Translations under genes and position numbers: made by a program | The notes under the pieces: generated by a model | The model's database searches: none | What the model saw: the letters and a program-made list of their open reading frames with translations, nothing else | Told to the model about the DNA's origin: nothing | NCBI RefSeq assembly: GCF_009914755.1 | Contig: NC_060940.1 | Source of the DNA: the human T2T-CHM13v2.0 reference genome, Homo sapiens | Reading direction: 5' to 3' (one strand) | Length of the DNA: 64,000 nucleotides | Shown: positions 29,401-46,196 of the stretch, one piece after another | Layout of the letters: every line of letters starts with the position of its first letter | Position numbering within the stretch: position 1 is the stretch's first letter

Positions 29401-32126
29401 GCTTTTTGGGAGCCAAGATGACCAACGAGACACAGCAGGAGGAACATCTGCCATTGAGAGACTGGGACATCAGGAAGACTGACACACTCCAAGCAGTTCT
29501 TTGGAGGGAAGACATTGAGAATGGGTGGAGGGAGGACACAGATGCCAGGCTAAAGGGGAAAGAAACTGGGAACACCGCATGGGACTAACAAGCACCAGTA
29601 CTTGTTCGTGGCCCCCAGTGACTCCTGGGAAGGGGTGAGTAGAACAGGTAAGGAGTGACTCACTGTTGCCACAGACCTCTAGAATGCTGGCAGCAGGAGA
29701 CCCCATGACCCCCATTGATACTTGAGCTCACAAGGAAAGCTGCTTAGAGAGGTGGCAAGGACAGGACTTCAGTCTGCATGGAGCCCAGAGAGTTTGGTGT
29801 AGGAATGTCTGTTGTGGAGCACAGCCTGGAATAACAAGTACCCAAGGCTCACCATCCTCCTCTAGAAGACTTTAGCCTTAGCATGAATCAGACCTGGACA
29901 GAGAGCAGAGCAGTCTTGCCCATGAGATAGGGCCAGTCCAATCAGAGTGCCTCCCAGTCTGCTGGCTTCTCCTAGGGCCCTAGCCTAGTTACGCCTGCTT
30001 GTAGCACAGCCTCAGATGGTCAAACAGGCTGTTCCCAGGGACCTTCATCATAGCTCTTTTGCCAGCAGACCGCACTTGACCACTGGAGAGCTGCAGTAGA
30101 GGGACCCCCACCAATGCACACCAGCCCACCCACATCCTCCCACCACCTCAGCCTCCCCCACACCTGCTTGCTGGCATGTACTTGACCGCAGCCATACCCC
30201 ATCACGTTGCTGGTGGATGGCACAGGCTGACCTAGCGTACCTTCCCCCTCCAGTGTATATGTGCCCATGCACTGCATTGTGCCACTGCTTGCTGCTGGCA
30301 TAAGCACAACAAACCGTCTTCTCTCTCCCCACTGACACACAGGCACCAGACCACACCTCAATTGCAAGTGCCAATATGTGCATAGACTCTGGCAATCCCA
30401 TCACCTCCCCTTCCCCACACAGCCACAGCTACCAGGGTGAATGCGTGTAAGGATGCCAGTGGCCCCACCCGCCCTGCACCAGCACTGCCACTAGTGCAAA
30501 CACACGCATGGAGGCTGGTAGCCTCGCACCCACCAGTGCCCTGACCCTGCTGCTGCTGCTGCTGCTACTGGTACAAGTGCAAGCACAAACACCAGCCACC
30601 TCACTCCTGCCAATGCTCTGTCTCTGCTCATGTGAGCAAGTGCAGGAATGTCACAGCCCCGCTACTAATGGTATCTGACCCAAGACAACACATGTGAACA
30701 GTGACACACTGCTGCGACTGCTGGCATGTGCAAGCGAGCACAAATCCTGCTGCCACTGCCCCAACAAAGTGAGCCATCAACATCATTCAGAGTGTTGTGG
30801 CCAGCCAACTGGGAATACCTCAGCCCCTTCAGTGCACCAGGTTCCTAAATTCAAGGGGTCAGAGAACAAAACCAGGAGCTCAATACAAACCACCAGAGTT
30901 ACAGCATGCAGCCTGGAAGTGCTGAGCTGAGTCTTATCCCTCTACAGTCTTCCAGAAATGAAGCCAGTCAACTGAAAACACCTTGTACCACCATCAAACA
31001 CCCAAGGGCATCAAAGAACATAAAAGCAAAAAACCCTATCCAAGTACAGCAGCTTTAAAGATTAAAGGAACATCAGCCCACACAGCTGAGAAAGAACCAT
31101 TGTAAGAACGCTGACAACTCAAAAAGCCAGAGTTTCTTCTCATCTCCAAATGATCACACTAGTTTCAAATCAATAGTTCTTAACCAGGCTCAAATGGCTG
31201 AAATGACACAAATAGAATTTAGAATATGGATAGGATTGAGAATCAGGAAAAAGTAAAAATCCAATCCAAGTAATCTAAGTAATCTAGTAAAATGATACAG
31301 GAGATGAAAGATGAAATGGCCATTTTAAGAAAGAGCCAAACTGATCGGATAGAGCTAAAAAACTCATTTCAATAATTTCATAATACAATCACAAGTATTA
31401 ACTGCAGAATCAACCAAGCTGATGAAAGAATTTCAGAGCTCAAAAACTGATTTTCTGAAATAACTCAGTCAGACAGAAATAAAGAATAAAGCAAAATGAA
31501 CAAAGCCTCTGAGAAAAATGAGATTATGTAAAGAGACCAAACCTATGACTCATTGGCATCCGAGAGAGAGAGTGAGAGAGAGCAAGCTACTTGAAAAATA
31601 TATTTGAAGAGACTGTCCATGAAAATTTCCCCAACCTTGCTAGAGAGGCCAACATTCATATTCAGTAAATGGAGAGAATCCCTACCACATACTTATAGCA
31701 CGCGACCATCCCCAAGATACATAGTCATCGGATTCTCCAGTGTGGACATGAAAAAACAAATATTAAAGGCGGTTAGAGAGAAGGGACAAGATCAGTTAAA
31801 ACGTATTCCCACCAGGCTCAACAGAAACCCTTTAAGCCAGAAGAGACTGAGGGTGTGTATTCAGGATTCTTAAAGAAAAGAAACTCCAACCAAGAATTTC
31901 ATATCCAGACAAACTAAGCTATATAACCAAAGGGAAAAAATATGATACTTTTCAGACAAGCAAATACTTGTCTACCAAACCTGCCTTATAAAAGGTCCTG
32001 AAGGGAGTGCTAAATATGGAAAGGAAAGACCTTTACCAGCCACCACAAAAACACACTTAAGTACATAGACCATTGACACTATAAAGCAACCACATAATAG
32101 CTAGCTAACTATCTATAAAAAAAAAA
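29401..32126 (+). mobile_element. Primate L1 (L1PA13-16/L1PREC-like): 5' UTR plus ORF1 only, ending in an A-tract
   Basis: 5' start GGGAGCCAAGATGACC (YY1-site-like), then a GC-rich 5' UTR. The ORF1 C-terminus translates LKGVLNMERKDLYQPPQKHT* at ~32000-32060. A10 at 32117-32126. Confidence 0.85.
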
Positions 32127-32214
32127 TTACTAATTCTAGGACTGGGGAACAGGAAATATACAAGTTGAGCCTATAGCATTTTGTAGTGACAAATGTAAAG
32201 AAGTACTAAAAACA

Positions 32215-32591
<377 letters not shown>

Positions 32592-34218
32592 TTAAGATTC
32601 AAATGAAAAAGCATTCAGATGGCCAAAGCTGGAACAATTTAGGCAACAAAACAAATACAGTAGGATAGAATAATAGCCCAAAGTAGTAAAGCAATATTTA
32701 TGAACCCATATATACAGATAAGTGATGAATAATAATTCATTATAAATAAATGAGGCAAAAAAGACAAATGTCACATGCAGAATATAGATAATTTATGTAG
32801 ATAATCTGCCCTAAAGGGGATAGAGCATAATTCCCCACTCAGGTTTGTGCTATACAGAGTGTCTTCTTTTACAAGAATACAGTATGGAAAGAGAGAGAAA
32901 GTAGTAACTTTAAAAAGGAGAAATCTGACAGACATTATCTCAGCCATGTGAGCAAGTTTAACATCAGTGGTGATAACAAAGGTTGTTAGTATGCATCATC
33001 AACATGATGTGATGAAATGACAACCTCTGTCGTCTTCCTCTCAATAACCCATAACCGCAATCTCATCACAGCAAATGCATCAGACAAACCCAATTTAATG
33101 AACATTCCATAAAATAACCTGACCAGTACTCCCTAAAATTAAGATCATCAAAAACAAGGAAAGCCTGGTAAACTGTTACAGTGAAGATGAGCCTAAGGTG
33201 AGATGATTACTAAATGTAGTGTGATATCCTAGATGGAATTTTGGAACACATAAAGGACAACAGGGAAAAACTGAGAAAATTTAGATAAAGGGTGGGTTTT
33301 GTTTAATAACAATGTATCAGTATTGATTTATTAATCAATACTGTACTATGGGGAAGTACACCATAATAATTGAAGATCTCAATGATAGGGTAAACTGGAT
33401 TTAGAGTTTTGGAAACTTCCTTTGCTATCTTCATAATTTTTCTGTACATCTAAAATTTTTCTAAAAAATAAAGTTTATTAGCATTTTTAAAAAATGCAGT
33501 TACATGGGAGCCAGAGAAACAGGAAACAAAGTATAAATGTATATGTCTGTCTATCACTTATTCATTCTTTTGACAAACTTGTAAAGAATAGCGCTCATCT
33601 ACAAGTTACTCACAGTCTAATGGAATAAAAAGCAAAAAGGCAGTAACAATTTTTTTTCCAGTGCAAAGACTATACTTAGCCAAATTTAATCTGCATGTCT
33701 ACTCTTGAAACCTTCCCATCTTTAAGAGTTCAGGTGGATCAAGAAAGCCAGAGTGATAGCAGCCACCATCCCATGTTATCCTGAAATAGTTTTTTCAATG
33801 CAGATTATGTAGAATGGTTAATAAAGTAGTTTCTTGATAAAAATTATAATGCCGACTATAAAATACTTTTATTATTCATGAGCGACTAAGTTAAGAGATA
33901 TTTAAAATTTTTTTCCATTGATTTTACTACCGAGTCTACTTTCAAAATTAAAAATAAAAAGCCACAGGGCAGTGGCAAGGAATGAGAAAAAATATAATCA
34001 CTAGAGTGTAAATTATGTGGCTTGGTAAACTGTTAAATTTTAAAGAAAAATAAAGTAAATATTTTTGACTCTTATTTCAGGAAAATGTGTAATAAAATAC
34101 TTGACTTGGAATATTTAACCAGGAAAGCAGAATGAATAAAGGAAAGTAACATTTACTAATCTACTGTGTTCTAGGCCTTGTGGTAAATATTATTAGTAAT
34201 GGTCTATTATTTATTTCT

Positions 34219-34574
34219 CATCTTAGTTCAGGTTGCCATATCAAACTACCATAGACTGGATGGCTTAAACAACAGACGTTTGTTTCTCAGTTGTAGAGTC
34301 TGGGAAGTTTGGAGTCTAAGATTAAGGTACTGGCTGATTTGATTCCTGGTGAGAATTCTCTTCCTGGCTTTTAGATGGCTGCCTTCTTCCTGTGTTCTCA
34401 TATTGTGGAGAAAAAATAAAGATCTGGCCTCTCTCTTCTTCTTCTTATATGTCCACTAATGCCATCATCATTGCCTCATCTTCATGTAAATTTTTTCCCA
34501 AAAGCCCTTCTTCCAAATACCATGGAGTAGAGGGGACAGTAGGTTAAAGTGACACAAACATTCAGTGTATAACA
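34219..34574 (-). mobile_element. MaLR LTR, MLT1A-like
   Basis: TCTTAGTTCAGGTTGCCATA..ATAGACTGGATGGCTTAAACAACAG..CAAACATTCAGTGTATAACA. Confidence 0.8.
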
Positions 34575-34739
34575 TCACCATAAGCTGAAAGAGTAAATGT
34601 TATCTTTCTTTATTTCTTCTTATTTTTCAGCTAATGAAGCTAAGTTTCAGCCAAGTTCAGTGAGTTGTGCAGGGTCTGCCAGCAACTTCAGGTCTAGCTC
34701 CAGGCTATTGGCCGAGTAGTGCTCAGCTATATAATTCAC

Positions 34740-35105
34740 AGAGATAACTGTTGGTAGCAAACCTAAAAGCTCAGTGCCATAATACTGGGGAAATTTATTT
34801 CTCTTCCACTTTCAGGGTGCAATTCAAGTCAGCAAGGACCCCTACATCTTGTATCTGGTAAATCTGACATCACCAAGAGATTTGGCATCCTCCAATAGCT
34901 TCCCTGCATTAGGTCAGCACAGTGGGAGAAAGATCATGAAGGATTATGGAATGTGTTGTTGCTGTTGTTGTTGTGCTGTTGTTTAAGAGCCATTTTTGCC
35001 TATATTCTACTGGCCAGAATTCAGTTACAACATCACAACTCACTGCAAGGAGAGCACAAAAATATAGTCTTGCTGCATGGCTAGGTAGAAAATGGAAAAG
35101 AACAG
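34740..35105 (-). mobile_element. Old MaLR LTR fragment (MLT1J/K-like)
   Basis: AATTTATTTCTC..TACTGGCCAGAATTCAGTTACA..CACTGCAAGGAGAG..AATATAGTCT. Confidence 0.5.
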
Positions 35106-35782
35106 AAAGGGTGTAATAAAACAAACAGTCTCAGCCTCAGTAGTAGAAAAGTCCCTCTGGAGCTTTACTTTCAGAAAGACAGTCCTCTGTTATGAAGGAA
35201 GCTGATTACAGCAACTCAAGCACAGGTTGGGGTTTATAGGCATGACATCACTTACATATGGGCAAAGAGGAGAAGGAAAGACTTTTATTGAAAAAAAAAA
35301 AAGAGTCTCTCACCAAAAGACAAATCAAAATGAGCCAAACCATATGTGAAAAAGGCAAGGGGTATGGAAAGTGTATAAGGACAGGAAATGAGCAGTACAG
35401 AAGTTCTGATTAGTCAGTATGAGGAACACTTCAAATGAAGCCAAGAGGTAATTAAAACTTAGGAAGGAAACCATATAGACTGATGTGAAGCAATAAACTT
35501 CAAATTTTAGCAACACTTCTTGGGGTATAGTCAGTATTTCTGACAGTATTTCTGGGGTATTTCTGACAGTAATTCTTCTGATTGTAAAAAGTAGTGTAAG
35601 CTTGAGCCAAGACTTCAGGAATGTATACCATTCCAGGAAAGTAGCTTTCCTGTTGGGAAGCTTTATGGCTAAGTATCAGCAAAATCCCATTAAATCAATT
35701 GCATGCAGGTGTTAGAATTTTCCATAACATGTAGGGGTTGCAGGCAAAATCTTATCTCATCTAAAGAAAAGGCATCTGCACA

Positions 35783-36511
35783 TGTTACCAGAGGTGAATT
35801 CCTATGGGTCAACCCAATTCTTGTCTCTCCTCAGCAACAACCTCAATTCTTGCCTCCTCGGACGAAAGAATTTGACCAAGGGAACATAAGGCAGAGTGAG
35901 AGACTGAGGCAAGTTGTAGAGCAGGAGTGAAAGTTTATTAAAATGTTTTAGGGCAGGAATGAAAGGAAGTAAAATACACTTGGAAGAGGGCCAAGTGTGT
36001 GACTTGAGAGACTGACATATGCAGTTTGACGTTTTACTTGGAGTTTTCTATGTTGGTATTCTTCCGGAGTCTGCCTCTCTCCTCCCCTGAATCTTCCTTT
36101 GGGGTAAGCTGTCTGCATGCACAGCGGCTTTCCAGCACCTGAGAGGGGCCACATGTGCAGTGTGTTTCCTAGAGTTGTATGCATGCTCACTTGAGGCATT
36201 CTTCCCTTACCAGCCAAATGTTCCCAGAAGGTCATATACCAGTTAAACTCCACCATTGTTCCTCTTAATGCCCATGCTTGAGTCCACTCACCTAATTCCT
36301 GAGATTTTATTGGGAAGCTGCTGATCCCCCGTTTCTGTTTTTTTCTAGCTATTGGGAGACTGCTTTTCCCTGATGCTGTTTGCGACCAGTTATTGTTTTA
36401 GACAGACAGTATAACAACTGCCTGACTATCACCTGATGGTTTCCTGACATTCCTGATTGGGGGGCTGAGGCTTCGGCCTTCCTCATGTCCAACTAGCTAT
36501 CTACTGTAACA
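35783..36511 (-). mobile_element. Solo ERV1 LTR, MER50-like
   Basis: Reverse strand begins TGTTACAGTAGATAGCTAG and ends ..GGTAACA. 4-bp TSD CACA/CGCA (one mismatch). Confidence 0.75.
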
Positions 36512-36852
36512 CGCATAGTTCTTAAGATAGCCAGACAAGGATACTAAGTAGATAGATGACAAAATTTGAAATCCTATTGTATTTTCTCATTCTCATCTTG
36601 TCAAACCCTGATTTTTACTTCCTACAGTTATGTATAAATTGAGTCTTTAAAACCCCAATGTCTTCTATACTGATACATCTTACATCTGGCTTCCAGTCAT
36701 TTCTCATACCATAATGGCAATTCTAACCTGTTCTTTTAACTATTCCATCTTCACACCTTGTGTTTACTAGCTTGTTTCTTTGCTCCTGCATTCAATTCTT
36801 CCCAAAATGCAGGGCTTTCTTATTATGTACACGGAAATACCTACTTCATGAT

Positions 36853-37261
36853 TGCTAGAGTTTGAACATTTGACCCTCCAAACCTCATGTTGAAATTTGA
36901 TTCTCAGTGTTGCAGGTGGGCCTTAATGAGAGGTGGTTGGGTCAAGGGGGTGGATCCCTCATGAATTTCTTAGTGTCAACCCCATAGCATCCTCATAGTT
37001 TCTGTGAGAGCTGGTTGTTTAAAGGAGCCTAGCGCTTCCCTCCTCTCTCTCTTTCTTGTTTCCTGTCTTGCCATGTGATCTCTGCACATGCCAGCTCCCC
37101 TTTCCTTTCCACCGTGCGTGGAAGCACCTTGAGGCCCTCACCAGCTACCAGCACCATGCTTCCTGTACAGCCTGCAGAACTATGAGCCAAATAAACCTCT
37201 TTTCTTTATAAATTACCCACCCTCAGGCCTTCCTTTATAGCAACACAAACGGACTAAGAAA
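36853..37261 (+). mobile_element. MaLR LTR, MSTB-like
   Basis: TGCTAGAGTTTGAA..CTCATGTTGAAATTTGAT..GAGCCAAATAAACCTCTTTTCTTTATAAATTACCCA..GGACTAAGA. Confidence 0.85.
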
Positions 37262-37959
37262 CACGCTATTATATAATTTGCCATACAAATTTCTGCCTAA
37301 GTAATTATTACTTTGACAGTGTTATCTAATCACTGGAATGACATTTTGTGTTTGATAAATAACCCCCAAATAATTAAAGGTCATAGCAAGACTATTTTAT
37401 ACATTATTACTTGAAAAATCAAGATAATACTTCATATTTTCTAGAGGACTTTTTTTTTCAAAATCCGGCTAATTCCATTAAAAAATAAGTTGGTTAGAAA
37501 TTTCCAATCTGACATTTTACATGCTCAGATAAATAAAATAGTTTATTTCTGAAGATTCAATTAAAATCATTATTCCATTTCATTTTTGAAAACATATAAA
37601 TTTTCCATTGTTTCATCAAATATTTAGGTATGGCACATTAAGTAGCTAATGTGACCATATTTCTTCTTCATAGAGAAGTTGGAAGATAGAATGATTCAGT
37701 TGAAAAATATCCATACACTGCTGAATTTCAGTAACAACTCTAATAACTAGCATCCTTATAACTATACAAATAGTAATTAATCTTTGCTAAATTCAATACT
37801 ATCTCAAATAAAATAAAAATTTGGGTGACTGTGTGAAGCTAATATTTTTTAAATAATGATTCTATCTTCAGGTAAGGAGCTGGTTTTGTGTTTCATTTTG
37901 GGACTTGGTAGCAGAAGGTGAAAGTTTATTGCAGGTGGCTATAACCTCTCCTTATACTC

Positions 37960-40557
<2,598 letters not shown>

Positions 40558-41955
40558 AGGAAAAAATTCAAACCAGACAGAGAGGACTGGAATATATAAC
40601 TAGCTCTTCAGTGCAAAGACACAGACCTACATCATGAGAAACAACAGCCCACTAGGAACCATAACCTCCCCCACCCAAAAAAAAAAAGTCACTGACCATA
40701 GCAAGATAGCAATATGTGAGTTCTCTGACCAAGAATTTAAAATAGAAGTTTTAAGAATATGCAGTGCATAGCAATTCACAAATTTATGAAAGTAATTTAA
40801 CAAATAAATTGAAATAATTTTTAAAAATCAAATAGACATCTTAGGAATCAAAAATGAATTTGCTAAACTGAAAAACTCATTGGAGGCTCTGAACAGAAGA
40901 ATGGAATAAGCAAAGGAAAGAATCAGTGCGCTTAAACACAGGCTATTTGATATTACACTGTTAGAGAAAAAAAAAAGAAAGAGAAGAAATGATAATCTCC
41001 TGCAAGATACAGAAAATTATCTCAAAAAAATCTAAGAACTACTGGTGTTCTACCGGGAGTTGAACAAGAGAAAGAGGTGGAAAAGTTACTCAAAGAAATA
41101 ATAACAAAAAATTCCCAAACATGAGAAAGATAGAAATATACAGTTACAGGAAAATCAGAGAATGCCAAACATATTTGATGCAAATAAGACTACCCCAAGA
41201 TAAATAATAATCAAACTCTCAAAGGTCAAAGACAAATTAGGATCCTAAAAGCACAAAAGAATAGTTGCAAATAACATATAAAGGAGCTTTAATTCCTCTG
41301 CCAACAGACTTCTCAGTGAAAATCCTATGGGCCAGGAGGGAATAAAACATTTTTAAAGTGCTGAAAGAAAAAACTGCCATTTGAGAATAGAACAAAGCTA
41401 TCCTTCAGATATGAAGGAGATATAAAGTCTTCTCTAGACAAACAAAAACAGTGACAATTCACCACCACCTGACCCATCTTATAAAAAAATCTTTAAAAAG
41501 TCTTCAATATGAAATTAAAAAAAACAAATAAACAATAATATGCAAAAAATGAAGCATTTGAAGGTATAAAACTCACTGGTAATATTAAGTACAAAAGCAA
41601 CCCCAGAATACTGTATTACTGTAATTGTGGTGTGCAATCCAATTATAACACTAATTTAAAGCCTAAAAGACAAATCTGTTAAAAACAATGGTAGCTACAG
41701 CAACCTTTTAAAAGATAGGCAATATTAAAAAATGTAAATAGAGACAACCAAAAGTCAAAATGTTTGGTATGGAATTAAAATTGAGATTTTTTGGTTTGAG
41801 TTTGCTTTTTGTTTTTATACATATTTCATGATCTAAGTTGTCAACTCCTTAAAATAACTTACTATACCTATTAGCTGGTTTTTGTAAGCCTCATGGAAAC
41901 CACAATGCAAAAAGGTATAATAGGTACACTAAAAACAAAATTCAACAAGTTAAAA

Positions 41956-42417
41956 TGTAGCAGGACGAGCTGCAGACAAAACCCCTCAGACACGGAATTG
42001 TAGAAGGAAGGGCTTTATTCAGCTGGGTGCATCAGCAGACTCACGTCTCCAAAAACCGAGCTCCTTGAGTGAGCAATTCCTGTTCCTCTTAAGGGCTTAC
42101 AACTCTAAGGGGGTCCGCATGAGAGGGTCATGATCGATTGAGCAAGCAGAGGGTACGTGACTGGGGGCTGCATGCACCAGTAATTAGAATGGAGCAGAAC
42201 AGGACAGGGATTTTCACAGTGCTTTTCTATACAATGTCTGTAATCTATAGATAACATAACTGATTAGGTCAGGGGTCAATCTTTAACTACCAGGCCCAGG
42301 GTGTGGTGCTGGGATGTCTGCCTGTGGATTTCATTTCTGTCTTTTAGTTTTTATGTCTTCTTTCTTCGGAGGCAGAAATTGGGCATAAGACAATATGAGG
42401 GGTGGTCTCCTCCCTTA
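41956..42417 (-). mobile_element. Solo LTR2 (HERV-E/Harlequin group)
   Basis: Reverse strand runs TAAGGGAGGAGACCACCCCTCATATTGTC..CGTCCTGCTACA, 462 bp. 4-bp TSD AAAA at 41952-41955 and 42418-42421. Confidence 0.88.
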
Positions 42418-45256
42418 AAAACATATTATCAGATATAATCACTTAACTGCAAAGAATGGCATTAAGAAAGGAAGAAAGGAAGAGTTACAAAATAAAGCAG
42501 GCAAGCAACAAAGTTGCAGTAGTAAGTCCTTAGTTATCAATAATACCAATGAATGTAAATGAATTCAATTCTCCAATTAAAAAATACAGACTAGCTGACT
42601 GAATTAAGAAATGAGATCCAACTATATGCTGCCTACAAGAAACTCACCTTACCTATAAAGACTGATATAGACTGAAAGTGAAGGGATGGAAAAAAAGCAT
42701 TCCATGCAAGTGCAAACCAAAAAAGAGTAAGTAGCTTTATTTATACAGATAAAATAGACTGCTCATCCAAGACTGTAAAAAGACAAAGAAGGTCACTATA
42801 TGATGATAAAGGGGTTAGTTCTGCAAGAGGATTTAATACTTGTGAATATCTACACACACAAGTATATAAAGCAAACATTAATAGATTGAAAGGGAGAGAT
42901 AGACTGAAATATAATAGTAGTAGGGAATTTCAACACCCATTCTAATTAATGAACAGATTGCCTAAACAAAAGTCTGCAAAGAAATATCAGGGTCAAACTA
43001 CACACTAGGCCAAATAGACCTAAATGACCTTTATAGAAAATTTCACCCATCTGTGACAGAATACACATTTTTTTCATCAGTACGTGGGACATTATCCACA
43101 ATAGAACATATTTTAGGCCACAAAATATGTCTCAATACATTAAAAAAGTAGAAATTATATCAAGAATATTTTCTGATCACAATGGAATAAAACTAGAAAT
43201 CAGTAACAAGAGGAACTGTGGAAAATATACAAACACATGGAAATTAAACAACATGCCCTTGAATGACAAATAGGTCAAGAAGGAAATTTAAAAGTAAATT
43301 TATTTTCTGAAACAAATAAAAATGAAACATTCCAAAATCTATGGAATACAACAAAAACAGTACTAACAGAGAAGTTTACAACAATAAACACATGTTAAAA
43401 AAGTTGGAAGACTCCATATAACCAATGTAATGATGGACCTGGAAGAACTAAAAACGCAAGAACAAACCAAACCCAAAATTAGTATAAGAAAAACAAATGT
43501 TAAGGATCAGAACAAAAGTAAATGAAGTTGAGATTAAAGAAAAACACAGAAAATCAACAAAATAAAACGTTGTTTTTTGAAAAAGTAAAGAAAATCCACA
43601 AACCATTAGCTAGCCTAACTAAGAAAAAGGGAAAACTCAAATAAATACAATCAGAAACAAAATAGGACATAGCAACTGTGACCACAGAAATACAAAGAAT
43701 CATTAGAGATTATTATGAACATCTGTATGCCAACAAAGTGTTAAACCTAAAAGAAATGCACAAATTTCTGGACACATACAACTTACCAAGTTTATAACAT
43801 AAACAAATAGGAAACCTGAAAAACTAATAAGAAGTAATAAGATCAAAGCCAAAATATAACAGAAACAAATAAGAAACCTGAAAAACCAACAACAAGTAAT
43901 AAGATCAAAGCCACAAATCCTATCAAAGAAAAGCCCAAGACCTGATGACTTCGCTGCCAAATCTTATCTCACAAATATTTGAAGAAAAACTAACACCAAT
44001 TCTATGCAAACTCTTCAGAAAAAATTAAGAGGAGTAAATACTTCCAACCTCATTCTACATGGCCAGCATTACTCTGACACCAAAATGAGACAATAATACA
44101 ACAGAAAAAGAAAACTACAGGCCCATATCACAGATGAACATAGATTCAACAATAATCAACAAAATACTGGTAAACTGAATTCATCAAATGTTACAAAGAT
44201 CATTCAACATGATCAAGTGGGATTCATCTCAAGGTTGCAAGGATGGTTAAACATATGCAAACAAGTAAGTATGATACGTCACATTAACAGTATCAAGAGC
44301 AAAAACTATGTGATCATTTTAAGATTCTAAACAAATCATTCAATAAAATTAAACATCCCTTTATGAAAAAAACCTTCATCAAACTGGGCAGAGAAAAATC
44401 ATACCTCAAATTCACAAAGGCCATATATGACCAATTCACAGCCAATATCATACCAAATGGGGAAAATTCAAAAGCCTTCACTCTAATACCTGCAACAAGA
44501 CAAGGATGCCCATTTTCACCACTTTTGCTAAACATAATACTGGAAGTCCTGGCCAGAACAATTAGGCAAGAGAAAGAAATAAAAGACATCCAAATTGGAA
44601 AGGAAGAAGTCAAAGTAGCCTTGTTCACAGACAATATGATTTTATATTTAGAAAAATCTAAAGACTCCACCAAAAAACTGCTAGAACTAATAAACAAATT
44701 CAGTAAAGTTACAGGATAAAAAAATCAATATACAAAAATTAGTAGCATTTATATATGTCAACAGCAAACAATTTGAAAAAGAAATCAAGAAAGCAATCAC
44801 ATTTATAGTAGCTACAAAAATATAAAGTACCTAGGAATTAATTTAACCAAAGAAGTGAAAGATGTTTACAAGTGAAACTATAAAACACTAATGAAATAAA
44901 TTTAAGAAGACATAAAAAATGGAAAGATATTTCAAGCTCATGGTTTGGAAGAACTAATATTGTTAAAATGACAGTTCTACCCAAAGCAATTTATATATTC
45001 ACTGCAATTTCTATCAAAATGCCAACTAATTCTTCATAGAAATGGAAAAAAATCCTAAAATTTACATCAATCCATAAAAACTCCATATAGCCAAAGCCTT
45101 CCTGAGCAAAAAGAACAACACTGGAGGCATCACACTATCTGACTTCAAAATATACTACAGATGTATAGTAATCATATCAGCATGGCATAAAAACACTCAT
45201 ACACCAATGAAACAGAATACAGAATTCAGATATAAATCTACACATTTACAGCCTAC

Positions 45257-45299
45257 TTATTTTATTTTATTTTATTTTATTTTATTTTATTTTATTTTA
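45257..45299. repeat. (TTTTA)n microsatellite inside L1
   Basis: About 8 units read directly. Confidence 0.9.
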
Positions 45300-45775
45300 C
45301 AAAAAAGCACCAGGAGCATGCAATGGGAATGAGACAAACTTTTCTACAAATGGTGCTGGGTAAACTGGATAACCATACACAGAAAATGGAACTAGACATA
45401 TATTTCTCACCACATATGAAAATCAAGTAAAAAAGAGTTTAAAACTTAAATCTAAGACTTGAAACTACAAAGCTTCTAGAAGCTCTTCAGGTCAGGGTAA
45501 AGATTTTTTTGTGTAATATCTCAAAAGCACAGGTAACAAAACAAAAATAGACAAATGGAATTACACAAAGTTAAAACGCTTCTGCACAGCAAAGGAAATA
45601 ACAAAATGAAGACACAACTCAGAAAGGGAGAAAATATTTGCAAACTATCTATCTGACAAGGGATTAATAACCAGGATTTATGGATCTCAAACAAGTCAAT
45701 AGCAAAAAAAAAAAAAAATTCATTTTTAAAAAGGGCAAAAGATCTAAACAAACATTTCTCAAAAAAAGACATACA

Positions 45776-46146
<371 letters not shown>

Positions 46147-46196
46147 TCAATGAAATGCGAATTAAAACCACAATAAGATATCCTCTCACTCCAGTT

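Noticed and set aside
29900-30830. GC-rich region with CTG/CCACTG repeats resembling a promoter or coding exon
   Set aside because: It lies within the 5' UTR of the primate L1, is CpG-poor, and its ORFs match nothing recognisable.
44363-44719. 118-aa reverse-transcriptase ORF as a possible functional RT
   Set aside because: A short surviving piece of a decayed L1 ORF2, with the catalytic FADD motif mutated to FTDN.
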